Below, piece after piece: positions 50,098 to 58,191 of a DNA stretch of 64,000 nucleotides. The DNA is taken from positions 1 through 64,000 of IMG/VR virus record IMGVR_UViG_3300042306_000227. The stretch is one strand, 5' to 3'. The notes under the pieces are model-generated. The model saw only the letters and a program-made list of their open reading frames with translations. It had not been told where the DNA came from and did no database searches. Each line of letters begins with the position of its first letter. Positions within the stretch are counted from its first letter, which is position 1. The stretch comes from a virus. The position numbers were made by a program, and so were the translations under genes.

Positions 50098-50124
50098 CGA
50101 GCCCTGTTTCTACAGGGCTTTTTT
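50098..50124 (+). terminator. intrinsic terminator (identical to 18814-18840)
   Basis: CGAGCCCTGTTTCTACAGGGCTTTTTT. Confidence 0.8.
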
Positions 50125-50143
50125 ATTTTAGTACCTTTGCATT

Positions 50144-50608
50144 ATGAAGTACTTATTATATTTATTGTTAATATTGAGCACATCTAGTATGGCTCAAGAT
50201 GTGACTATATCTGTCCAAAACAGCATTAAATTAGGTGATTTGGCAGGTAATAGAAAAATAGAGTTTGGTGTAGCTAATATCATTGAAGAGATAATCCAAG
50301 AGAAAGGATACTCAATTAACCCAAAATCTAAAAATATTATCTTTGCCGAGTTGATTTATATGGATGTAGTGAAGACTAAAAGCAATCTATCAGTATTCCA
50401 TAAAGACAATACAGATGTCGTGATAAGAATCAAGGGGTATATTTCCAAAGACGGAAGTAAAAGCAAGCCAATCTTGGTAGAAGGTAGCGCATCCGAGGTG
50501 TCAACATCAACAATACTTGTCGGAACAGACGGCAAGTTCAATCAACAAAATTTAACAACTGCAATAAAAAAGGCTTGCTATGAACTTATTGAGAAAATTA
50601 ATCCTTAG
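50144..50608 (+). CDS. secreted CsgG-like protein (short paralogue)
   Basis: Signal peptide ending SMA-Q; GVANI and KFNQ..TTAIKKA shared with the 53667 ORF. Confidence 0.6.
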   Translation: MKYLLYLLLILSTSSMAQDVTISVQNSIKLGDLAGNRKIEFGVANIIEEIIQEKGYSINPKSKNIIFAELIYMDVVKTKSNLSVFHKDNTDVVIRIKGYISKDGSKSKPILVEGSASEVSTSTILVGTDGKFNQQNLTTAIKKACYELIEKINP

Positions 50609-52226
50609 TCTTGTCACTATTTTTGGAATATTTGTGACAAATGCGCAGATTCCTACAATATATTTAGAAAAGTCTAATATAACTAAGAACATAAAGGACA
50701 CGTCTATCTTAAAGGGAGACACTGTTGATATGGTGGTTATGTATAAGGAGGAACTATCTTCTACCAGAACGCTATACTTTGACTTTCAGTATAACTATAG
50801 AACATTTACTATATTAGGTGTAACTAGTTTTAGTGGAGATAGTAGTGCTATGCCTGCAAATGCTACAATGAGTATTCAGAATAGCTTCCATCCAGGATTT
50901 ACCTATCAAAGAACAGCTCAAAATACAACAACAAATGGTTCACAGAACTATAACTATGCTAACTATACGTATTCACCAAGCAGCAATAATGCTATCCAAA
51001 GAATCTATACTACAGTTACTTCAAATAGTAATCTACGTAATGGGAAATATATCAGGATACGTATTAAGGTAAACGCAACTACAGCTGGAACAGCTTATGA
51101 TAGTTTGTATATGAACTTTGTATCTGGCTGGAAATCAGATGGTACTTATATTGATACGTATATGCCTCTACCTAAAAGCACATTCATAACACTAGACGCT
51201 AATGCTAATACTTTGGTTACTGGTAATATATATAAAAGTCCTTCTGTTCAGACTAATATCAAGTTTACCGACTCCGCTTCAGGAATATCTACTTTATTAT
51301 ATCCTGATGTAAATGGTGTTTTTAAAGCTTCTACGGAGCTTGCATCAAATAGAACATACAAAGTATCAGTTGGTATAGATAGTATCGCTAGTGTAGCTAA
51401 AAATGCTATTACGGTATCAGATGCTACAGCCGCCTTAAATGAGTTTGGTTCTGTTAACCTAAATGGCACTTTTAATAAGACTAACCTAAAGACAGGTGCT
51501 GCTTGGCTAGCTGCTGATGCTAACTATAATGGTTCTTTTGATGCTGCCGACCCATACTTGATATTGGCTCATGTGGCCAATACGCTGACAATGGTTCCTA
51601 ATATATACACATATAAAAGAGCTGATTTTAGTAAAGATACTTTACCAGTTCAGAATTTTATCTATTTCCGTACTACTACTGCCAATCAAGCATTAGATTT
51701 AAACTATCTAATTGCAGGTGATATTAATAGAAGCCATAGCTCACAGGTTGTAGCCACAGATGGAACAATCCAATCATTTTCATTGGTTAATACTCCAATA
51801 GTAAAAAAAGCTGTTTTAGTAAGCCTAGAAAATGCTGTGATTGAGTCTGATAATATATCTATACCTATGAATATCAATTCAGACGGATTAAGCTTATGCG
51901 GATTGCAGTTTGAGTTTGCATATGATGCAACTAAAATTCAGTTGCAAGAAATAAAGGCCAATACAAACGCATCTTGGCTAAACTTCTATACAAACGAGAA
52001 TGGGTATGTTAAGTTTGGTGGTATAGATAAGACTTTAAAAGAGCCTATATCTGGAACAACGATTCCATTTACAATTAAATTCAAGGCATTAACGCCTGGT
52101 GTTGATATAAATACTAATGTATGGGTAACAGATAATATGGATGCGTCTGATAACAGAGGTAATCAAGTTGGTATTAAGTTAAACACTGCACAGATTCGTT
52201 TAATCGGTATAAATAATTTTAAATAA
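50580..52226 (+). CDS. secreted cohesin- and dockerin-domain protein
   Basis: Signal peptide NA-Q; 'FDFQYN' and 'GLQFEFAYD' cohesin-like strands; dockerin-like 'ITVSDA', 'ADANYNGSFDAAD', 'GDIN'. Confidence 0.65.
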   Translation: MNLLRKLILSLVTIFGIFVTNAQIPTIYLEKSNITKNIKDTSILKGDTVDMVVMYKEELSSTRTLYFDFQYNYRTFTILGVTSFSGDSSAMPANATMSIQNSFHPGFTYQRTAQNTTTNGSQNYNYANYTYSPSSNNAIQRIYTTVTSNSNLRNGKYIRIRIKVNATTAGTAYDSLYMNFVSGWKSDGTYIDTYMPLPKSTFITLDANANTLVTGNIYKSPSVQTNIKFTDSASGISTLLYPDVNGVFKASTELASNRTYKVSVGIDSIASVAKNAITVSDATAALNEFGSVNLNGTFNKTNLKTGAAWLAADANYNGSFDAADPYLILAHVANTLTMVPNIYTYKRADFSKDTLPVQNFIYFRTTTANQALDLNYLIAGDINRSHSSQVVATDGTIQSFSLVNTPIVKKAVLVSLENAVIESDNISIPMNINSDGLSLCGLQFEFAYDATKIQLQEIKANTNASWLNFYTNENGYVKFGGIDKTLKEPISGTTIPFTIKFKALTPGVDINTNVWVTDNMDASDNRGNQVGIKLNTAQIRLIGINNFK

Positions 52227-52579
52227 TGAAAAGAATCAGTATCATCACATGCTTAGTATTGCTTGTAGTATCATGCAAAAAAATACAATATTATCCAGAG
52301 CAACAAGCTAAAACACCTGAAAAACAGGGGTATGTTAATGTGTCTCCTGTACCTACATTAGGTCAAATCACAATGAGTTTTAACCTACAACCATCTATCA
52401 AGTATAATGTTACAATCAAGGATATGAGCGGTAAAGTTTACAAATCTTATGGGGTAAGCTCAATAGATGGCTTATTGGTAAAGCAGGATAACCTAACTGG
52501 ATTAGCAAGTGGAACATATGACTTAATTTTGATGAATATAAATGGCTCAGAAACTAGAACCCCAATAATTATAAAATAA
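52226..52579 (+). CDS. lipoprotein consisting of a T9SS type A CTD-like domain
   Basis: Lipobox LVVS-C; 'VSPVPT...VTIKDMSGKV...LTGLASGTYDLIL...TPIIIK'. Confidence 0.65.
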   Translation: MKRISIITCLVLLVVSCKKIQYYPEQQAKTPEKQGYVNVSPVPTLGQITMSFNLQPSIKYNVTIKDMSGKVYKSYGVSSIDGLLVKQDNLTGLASGTYDLILMNINGSETRTPIIIK

Positions 52580-52585
52580 AATACA

Positions 52586-52885
52586 ATGGCAGAAGAACAA
52601 GAAAGCACAGGTAGTTCTATGAAAAATGTTATCATAGGATTCATTAGCACAATCACTCTAGGAGTAGGTGGTTGGATTACAACAAAATTAACAGGAGGAG
52701 ATGAGAAAGAAACCCCAACACAAACAGCGGCTCCAGTCATTAATATCAATCAAACGCAACAACAAGCTGCAGGAGGTGGTAAGACTGTTATCATTAAAGA
52801 AAAGGCGTCAGAACCTGCAAAGCCAGCTGCAACTCCTAAGAAAAAAGAGGGCGATGATTTTAAGGAAGAGGCTCCTAAATGGTAA
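52586..52885 (+). CDS. single-TM protein with low-complexity tail
   Basis: N-terminal TM and a Q/A/P/K-rich C-terminus. Confidence 0.7.
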   Translation: MAEEQESTGSSMKNVIIGFISTITLGVGGWITTKLTGGDEKETPTQTAAPVININQTQQQAAGGGKTVIIKEKASEPAKPAATPKKKEGDDFKEEAPKW

Positions 52886-52888
52886 TAT

Positions 52889-53032
52889 ATGGCAAAGAAG
52901 ACGTCAAAGCCTAAAGCGAAACGAAGTATTCGCTCAGGTGTTAAAAAGAGTAAATTAGTAAAACAAAATCAAGAAGTAATATATAACGTATGGACAACGC
53001 TAAACAGCCAACAGGTTTTAAAGAACTTTTAA
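52889..53032 (+). CDS. small basic protein (47 aa)
   Basis: Not in the track: MAKKTSKPKAKRSIRSGVKKSKLVKQNQEV...; overlaps the next gene by 43 nt. Confidence 0.45.
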   Translation: MAKKTSKPKAKRSIRSGVKKSKLVKQNQEVIYNVWTTLNSQQVLKNF

Positions 53033-53553
53033 ACGCAATGATGGAACGCAGATGGTATATTACCGCTGCTGTTCTTGGTGGGTTTATTTTAATTATCGCA
53101 GGGATATTTGTAGCAGTATCTAACAATGCTTCTATGGCAGGGGAATGGAAAGAGTTATTAATGTTATTATTGGGTGCCTTTATTGGTAGCTATGGTAAGA
53201 TTATAGACTACTGGTTCTCTGATACAGACAAGGATAAAATGTTAGTACAGAAGATGGATGAAGAAGATGGTGTTTCTATGTCTCACACAAATGACATGAA
53301 AGAAACTAACAAGCCATTTGGCCCTACCATTCCTGATGCATTTGTTCAAGGAGCTGCTGCAGCTAGAGATTTAGCTGTTACAGAAAACAGACAAAACTTT
53401 GAACTTAAAAGAGACCAACAAGAACACGAACAAGAGATGGAGAAGTTAGAGTTTGAATACCAAGCACACAGACAATGTGAGCATGAGTGGGGAGATTCTG
53501 ACGGAGACGGAGAACTTGAGTGTCAAAAGTGTGGATTATTGAAAGATAAATAA
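52990..53553 (+). CDS. two-TM membrane protein with coiled coil and C-terminal metal-binding motif
   Basis: Two TMs, 'IIDYWF', C-terminal CEHEWGDSDGDGELECQKC. Confidence 0.7.
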   Translation: MDNAKQPTGFKELLNAMMERRWYITAAVLGGFILIIAGIFVAVSNNASMAGEWKELLMLLLGAFIGSYGKIIDYWFSDTDKDKMLVQKMDEEDGVSMSHTNDMKETNKPFGPTIPDAFVQGAAAARDLAVTENRQNFELKRDQQEHEQEMEKLEFEYQAHRQCEHEWGDSDGDGELECQKCGLLKDK

Positions 53554-53560
53554 AAACATA

Positions 53561-53665
53561 AGTCAGAAACCGCAAAATCTGACTCATATATCAATCAATC
53601 TTGAGCCGTTTATCAATCGTATTCGGCTCATTTTTGAGCGATAAGTATAATTTAAATGAGCGATA
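53561..53665. repeat. palindrome and direct-repeat array
   Basis: AGTCAGA-N10-TCTGACT, TGAGCCG-N15-CGGCTCA, TGAGCGATA twice with a 22-bp period. Confidence 0.7.
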
Positions 53666-53666
53666 T

Positions 53667-54389
53667 ATGAAAATTATAAAATCTTGTTGTACCATAATTA
53701 TAATCCTTTGCTTTATTAATGGTCAAGCTCAGGTAGCGACAACTAAGACAGAGAACTATAAAGCTAGTTTTGAGACTAAGATTGACATCAGTCAGTACAT
53801 GGACTATGATGGGCCGACTATACCAATTCAAATACTTAAATGCGGAATAAATGACGAAATGTATGAAATGTATCCAGAACTTAAGGAAAAGAGGGTTGGT
53901 TTGGGCGTGGCAAACATCTCTATGGAGTACCTGGAAAACCTCAATCGCTTCACTTTCACGGAGGACAAGACTGAGATTAAGAATAGAATGGTTAAACAAT
54001 TCCAGGCCTCTCAAGCAGGAATTTCTCAAGATAAGTTGGATGGAAGAGGAAAGATTAGACTAGCACATTACTTTGTTGAGATTGAGTGCTATGATTATTC
54101 TGTTTCAGAAGATGAAGAGATTAGGGTAAAAGATGGCATTAAGGAGACTGTTGTCACAAGAATAGGATTACAGGTAAGATTTACGGATGCGCAGACAGGT
54201 GAAATCATAGCTGCATCTGGATTGGGAGAAGCTAAAACTACACGAGAAGCAAGCCTATTGAATGACGAGAATCTTAGTGAAGTTAAATTTAATCAGTCAA
54301 CGATAGGAACTGCAACAAAGAAAGCACTAGATATTGCGTGTGCTCGCATCCTATCAAGAATGATTAAAAAGAATGTATTCCCTAAATAA
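53667..54389 (+). CDS. CsgG/HfaB-family outer-membrane assembly/transport protein
   Basis: Start at ATG 53667, signal peptide QA-Q; 'YLENLNRFTFTE', 'LQVRFTDAQTGEII' CsgG-like motifs. Confidence 0.7.
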   Translation: MKIIKSCCTIIIILCFINGQAQVATTKTENYKASFETKIDISQYMDYDGPTIPIQILKCGINDEMYEMYPELKEKRVGLGVANISMEYLENLNRFTFTEDKTEIKNRMVKQFQASQAGISQDKLDGRGKIRLAHYFVEIECYDYSVSEDEEIRVKDGIKETVVTRIGLQVRFTDAQTGEIIAASGLGEAKTTREASLLNDENLSEVKFNQSTIGTATKKALDIACARILSRMIKKNVFPK

Positions 54390-55611
54390 AACACTTTTTC
54401 GTACGATATTCTGTACACTTTTGACACTTTCATTGACGAGTGCAAAAGCGCAGATACTTACAAGTACATTTATAGACCCATGTAGCAAGAAGGTCACAGT
54501 CTTTGTAGTGCCAATTCAAGGTACTACAATTGTGTTTATGGGTAAGTCTAAATACATAACAGCTCAGGATGTAAAGTCAGGTGCTTTAATGACTTGGGTA
54601 AATCAAGTATACGCAGAGTATTCAGCGCCATGCCCTGTTACACAACTTACTCAACAATTAACACAGCAAACGGTAACAAATTCAGTTTCAGCAGCAGTAA
54701 GTTCAGCAGCATCAAGTGCCGCTGCGAGTGCTGCTAGCAGTGTAAGTGTTCCAACTCCTGCTCCTGCTCCTGCGCCATCTTCTGCACCTTCTAGCCAACC
54801 AACTTCCTCTCAGAGTGATGGTAGCTCTAGCTCTAGCTCGTCTCAGAATGATGGTAGTTCTAGCGAAAGCAGTTCTGAGTCCTCTGAAAGTAAATCTGAG
54901 AGTAAATCCGAGGATAAAAAAGAAGAAAAGAAAGAAGAGAAGAAAGAGGAAAAGAAAAAGTCTTCCGCAAAGGCAGGACAAACCCCATTGATTTTTTCGT
55001 CTGATTTGAGTGCGGTTCAGCAGTTTCAAGGTGACTTTAATTTAATGGCAAATTTAGGCGTTTCTAGAGCATCTATGGCAGGAGACGTGTCTTACGGCTC
55101 TACATTGACAATCTTCTCAAATTTAAGACAATTTGCCCTATCTACAAGGTATTCTAAGATGGATATTCAGAATGGGACTTTATGTGGCGTAGGGACAACT
55201 TCTTACACAATGGCATATAATGATGGAGGCATCATACATATACTAGGTAAATCATATGTAATGTCCCATAAGTCATACATTTATGGCTATGCCTTGACTA
55301 TTATTAATACATCTATCCCATTTGAGGCTGTAAAACAACAATTCTGGACTTCTTCTATAGTGTTATTTGGCATGAAGCCATACGTTTACAGCAAAAGATT
55401 GACTATAACACCAGAGGTTTTTTTAATGTCTAACCCACTGAGTTATACAAGTAAATCAAAGGATTTGACATCTATGAGTCAATTAAGCTACATATTAGGC
55501 TCATCATTTGACATAGCATTGTCTAAGAGATTTAGACTTGCAACTAATATTAAATACATGGGGCCGCTTCATACAATTGGATTGCAGTTAGGAACAAAGT
55601 TTAACCTATAG
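54373..55611 (+). CDS. outer-membrane beta-barrel protein with Ser/Ala/Pro and EKKE linker
   Basis: Signal peptide AKA-Q, low-complexity linker, ~200 aa of alternating beta-strands ending GTKFNL. Confidence 0.65.
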   Translation: MYSLNKTLFRTIFCTLLTLSLTSAKAQILTSTFIDPCSKKVTVFVVPIQGTTIVFMGKSKYITAQDVKSGALMTWVNQVYAEYSAPCPVTQLTQQLTQQTVTNSVSAAVSSAASSAAASAASSVSVPTPAPAPAPSSAPSSQPTSSQSDGSSSSSSSQNDGSSSESSSESSESKSESKSEDKKEEKKEEKKEEKKKSSAKAGQTPLIFSSDLSAVQQFQGDFNLMANLGVSRASMAGDVSYGSTLTIFSNLRQFALSTRYSKMDIQNGTLCGVGTTSYTMAYNDGGIIHILGKSYVMSHKSYIYGYALTIINTSIPFEAVKQQFWTSSIVLFGMKPYVYSKRLTITPEVFLMSNPLSYTSKSKDLTSMSQLSYILGSSFDIALSKRFRLATNIKYMGPLHTIGLQLGTKFNL

Positions 55612-55612
55612 T

Positions 55613-55830
55613 TGCATGAATTTTTCTGATTTTTCATGCACTGAATTAGAAATATATATCTAAAATGTAATTTATTTGTACCTATTTTATATTCTATTGC
55701 GTATAATTAGAAGTATATTTCCAATTTTATATGCGAAAGGGTATAATGTGTCATAAAAAGCACTTTTTGACTTATATATGTCCCATATAAGTCACATTGA
55801 CTTACAAGCTCATGCAAATACACTATAAGT
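55613..55830. repeat. array of about eight different imperfect palindromes
   Basis: Includes TGCATGAA-N12-TTCATGCA, TTATATGC-GAAA-GGGTATAA and GTCATAAAAAGCACTTTTTGAC. Confidence 0.7.
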
Positions 55831-55851
55831 TTTATTCATTAAATTTGCAAT

Positions 55852-56454
55852 ATGAAAAAGATATTACAGGGTGCTGTATTGGTGATAGTTGTCGGTCTTA
55901 TATTCTCAAAGATGACAGGGGTTAAAAACCCATTCTCGCCTAAGATAAAATATATTGCAGGTAAACCTTACGAGGTTATTAAGCATGAGATAGATACTGT
56001 TGACATTATTAAGACTAAGGTGATTACCAAACAAGGTAAGGACATCTACCACGATACGACAATCTTCGTGCAAGTCCCAATGAATGTAGACACATTAGAA
56101 ATTATTAAAATGTATTTCGCCAAGAATGTATACAAGGATACCTTACGTTTACCTGACAGCTTAGGATATGTTGTACTATTGGACACCATTAGTAAGAATA
56201 CGATTGAGTCTAGGATGTTCACAGCTAATGTGAAGCAAAGAACTATTAAAGAGACTACCATTGTTAAAGAGCTACCTAAGACCAAGTTATTTTGGGGTGT
56301 AGGAGCGTCATTTGACAAGGTAAACTTTGTAAACAACGTACAGGTAAATCTACTTTTAAATACAAAGTGTGATAAGCTATACAATGTAGGAGCAGGAATT
56401 GACATCAATAAGACACCGTTTGTTAACGCATCTATTTACTGGAAAATAAAATAA
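55852..56454 (+). CDS. membrane-anchored lysis-module protein (spanin-like candidate)
   Basis: N-terminal TM, DT-rich stalk, C-terminal beta-strands ending YWKIK; upstream of holin and endolysin. Confidence 0.55.
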   Translation: MKKILQGAVLVIVVGLIFSKMTGVKNPFSPKIKYIAGKPYEVIKHEIDTVDIIKTKVITKQGKDIYHDTTIFVQVPMNVDTLEIIKMYFAKNVYKDTLRLPDSLGYVVLLDTISKNTIESRMFTANVKQRTIKETTIVKELPKTKLFWGVGASFDKVNFVNNVQVNLLLNTKCDKLYNVGAGIDINKTPFVNASIYWKIK

Positions 56455-56456
56455 TT

Positions 56457-56702
56457 ATGAAAGATTTTTTACTTAGAATGTTCAGCGATAAGTCTGACAT
56501 AAATCAAAAGGCTGTGTTAGGATTTGTATCGTTTCTGTTAATGGCTATATATGCCCTAACAGATGTGGTTACAGGAGCAATAGGAATTACGTTTGTTATT
56601 GAGCCTATAGTATTTAACGGATTGATGTACACAGCTTTGACTATGTGTGGCATCACAGGTGTAGAGGCTGTATTTGGTAACAAGAACATAAAAGATAAAT
56701 AA
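56457..56702 (+). CDS. putative holin
   Basis: 81 aa, two TMs, basic C-terminus, coupled to the endolysin. Confidence 0.65.
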   Translation: MKDFLLRMFSDKSDINQKAVLGFVSFLLMAIYALTDVVTGAIGITFVIEPIVFNGLMYTALTMCGITGVEAVFGNKNIKDK

Positions 56703-57301
56703 TGAATCTAGATAGATTAAAAGGTCACATCCCAGACTCAGTAATAAATCAGATACCAGAAGTGTCTACTAAATTTGGTGTTAATACTCCACAGAGATTA
56801 GCTCATTTCTTAGCTCAAACAGGTCATGAAAGTGGTGGGTTCAGAGTAACAACAGAGAATTTAAACTATAGCGCAAAAGGTTTGTGTGGTATTTTTAAGA
56901 AATACTTTACACCAGAAAGCGCACAAGAATATCAACGTAAGCCAGAAAAGATTGCTAATATTGTGTACGCAAACAGAATGGGTAATGGTAATCAGGCTAG
57001 TGGAGATGGGTTTAAGTTTCGTGGTAGAGGTTATATCCAATTAACAGGTAAAACTAACTACCAAGCATTTGATAAAACAGTAGAAGATAACATTGAAGCA
57101 AACCCTGATTTGGTTGCTACAAAATATCCTTTATTATCAGCTGCATGGTTTTGGAGTAAGAACGGATTAAATGCAATAGCTGATACAGGTGCAGGAGAAG
57201 ATGTGGTAACTAAAATTACAAAAAGGGTTAACGGAGGCACTATCGGTCTTGCTGATAGAATAGCTCATTTTAAAGAATATTATAATCTATTAAAAGCTTA
57301 A
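56702..57301 (+). CDS. glycoside hydrolase family 19 endolysin
   Basis: AHFLAQTGHESGGF, ENLNYS, FRGRGYIQLTG, SAAWFW, VNGGTIGLADR. Confidence 0.93.
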   Translation: MNLDRLKGHIPDSVINQIPEVSTKFGVNTPQRLAHFLAQTGHESGGFRVTTENLNYSAKGLCGIFKKYFTPESAQEYQRKPEKIANIVYANRMGNGNQASGDGFKFRGRGYIQLTGKTNYQAFDKTVEDNIEANPDLVATKYPLLSAAWFWSKNGLNAIADTGAGEDVVTKITKRVNGGTIGLADRIAHFKEYYNLLKA

Positions 57302-57303
57302 CA

Positions 57304-57489
57304 ATGAGTCAAGGAGTATCAGAAGCATCAGGAATGGTAGGTGTGCCAGCAACCATATTAACATGGCTTAATTACATGAACATAATGACTATGACCCCTG
57401 TGTTACAATTCTTAGTAACATTGTTATCCCTTGTGTGGCTAGTCATACAGATAGGAGGATGGGTTAGTAAAAAACTTAAAAAGAAGTAA
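57304..57489 (+). CDS. small membrane protein (holin-like)
   Basis: 61 aa, hydrophobic, KKLKKK tail. Confidence 0.6.
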   Translation: MSQGVSEASGMVGVPATILTWLNYMNIMTMTPVLQFLVTLLSLVWLVIQIGGWVSKKLKKK

Positions 57490-57770
57490 TGTCTAAAAAT
57501 AAGTTAGCAGGTAAGCACCCAAGCTATAACGCTCTTAATTGGTCAAAGGAATCTATTGAACGTAAGAAAAAATACGACAAGAAATATCATGCAACCAAAG
57601 AAAGAAAGAAGTATAGAGCTGAGCTTAACAGAGCTAATAGAAAGGCAGGCACCTATGGTAATGGGGATGGGAAAGATATGTCTCACACTAAAGGAGGCGC
57701 ATTGACTAGAGAGAGTCAATCTAAGAATAGAGCAAGGAATGGCAGGAATGGACTTAGCTCTCGTAAGTAA
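57489..57770 (+). CDS. basic HNH-like protein
   Basis: 'GDGKDMSHTKGG...ESQSKNRARNG'. Confidence 0.6.
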   Translation: MSKNKLAGKHPSYNALNWSKESIERKKKYDKKYHATKERKKYRAELNRANRKAGTYGNGDGKDMSHTKGGALTRESQSKNRARNGRNGLSSRK

Positions 57771-57771
57771 A

Positions 57772-58191
57772 CTACTTAATTAGTATCAAGTCTTTTATAG
57801 GTATAAGAATCATCTTAGATGTGTTGTTGTCTCCACCCATCACAATCTTATACTTATCCATATTTTCTTCTATAAAACGTTTCAACTTTTCTGTTGTAAT
57901 AACTAGTATCAAGTCTGCCGACACAATCTTATACACCCAATGACAAGCCTCTGTAGTATTGATTCCAGATTCTTTACCTCTGCTCATTAGCTCAATAGCT
58001 ATGTTGCCTGTTCTGTGTGCCATGTAGTCTGACTTAACCTCAAACTTGCTACCATTAAATACATCAGCCACCATCTGCTCTTGCTCTCTGCCTCTTTTAA
58101 GGTCAGTCCTGAAGTTGCCATACTTTTTCTTTGGAGCGGTATTCTTTATATCATATCCGCTGAACTTCACATCTGGTTCTTGTTGAATCAT
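57772..58191 (-). CDS. PD-(D/E)XK-like nuclease
   Basis: 'FEVKSD...TGNIAIE...SGINTTEA'. Confidence 0.7.
   Translation of the reverse strand: MIQQEPDVKFSGYDIKNTAPKKKYGNFRTDLKRGREQEQMVADVFNGSKFEVKSDYMAHRTGNIAIELMSRGKESGINTTEACHWVYKIVSADLILVITTEKLKRFIEENMDKYKIVMGGDNNTSKMILIPIKDLILIK

Noticed and set aside
55613-55830. Palindrome arrays as CRISPR arrays or terminators
   Set aside because: The units differ from each other, lack a constant repeat and lack GC stems with U-tracts.
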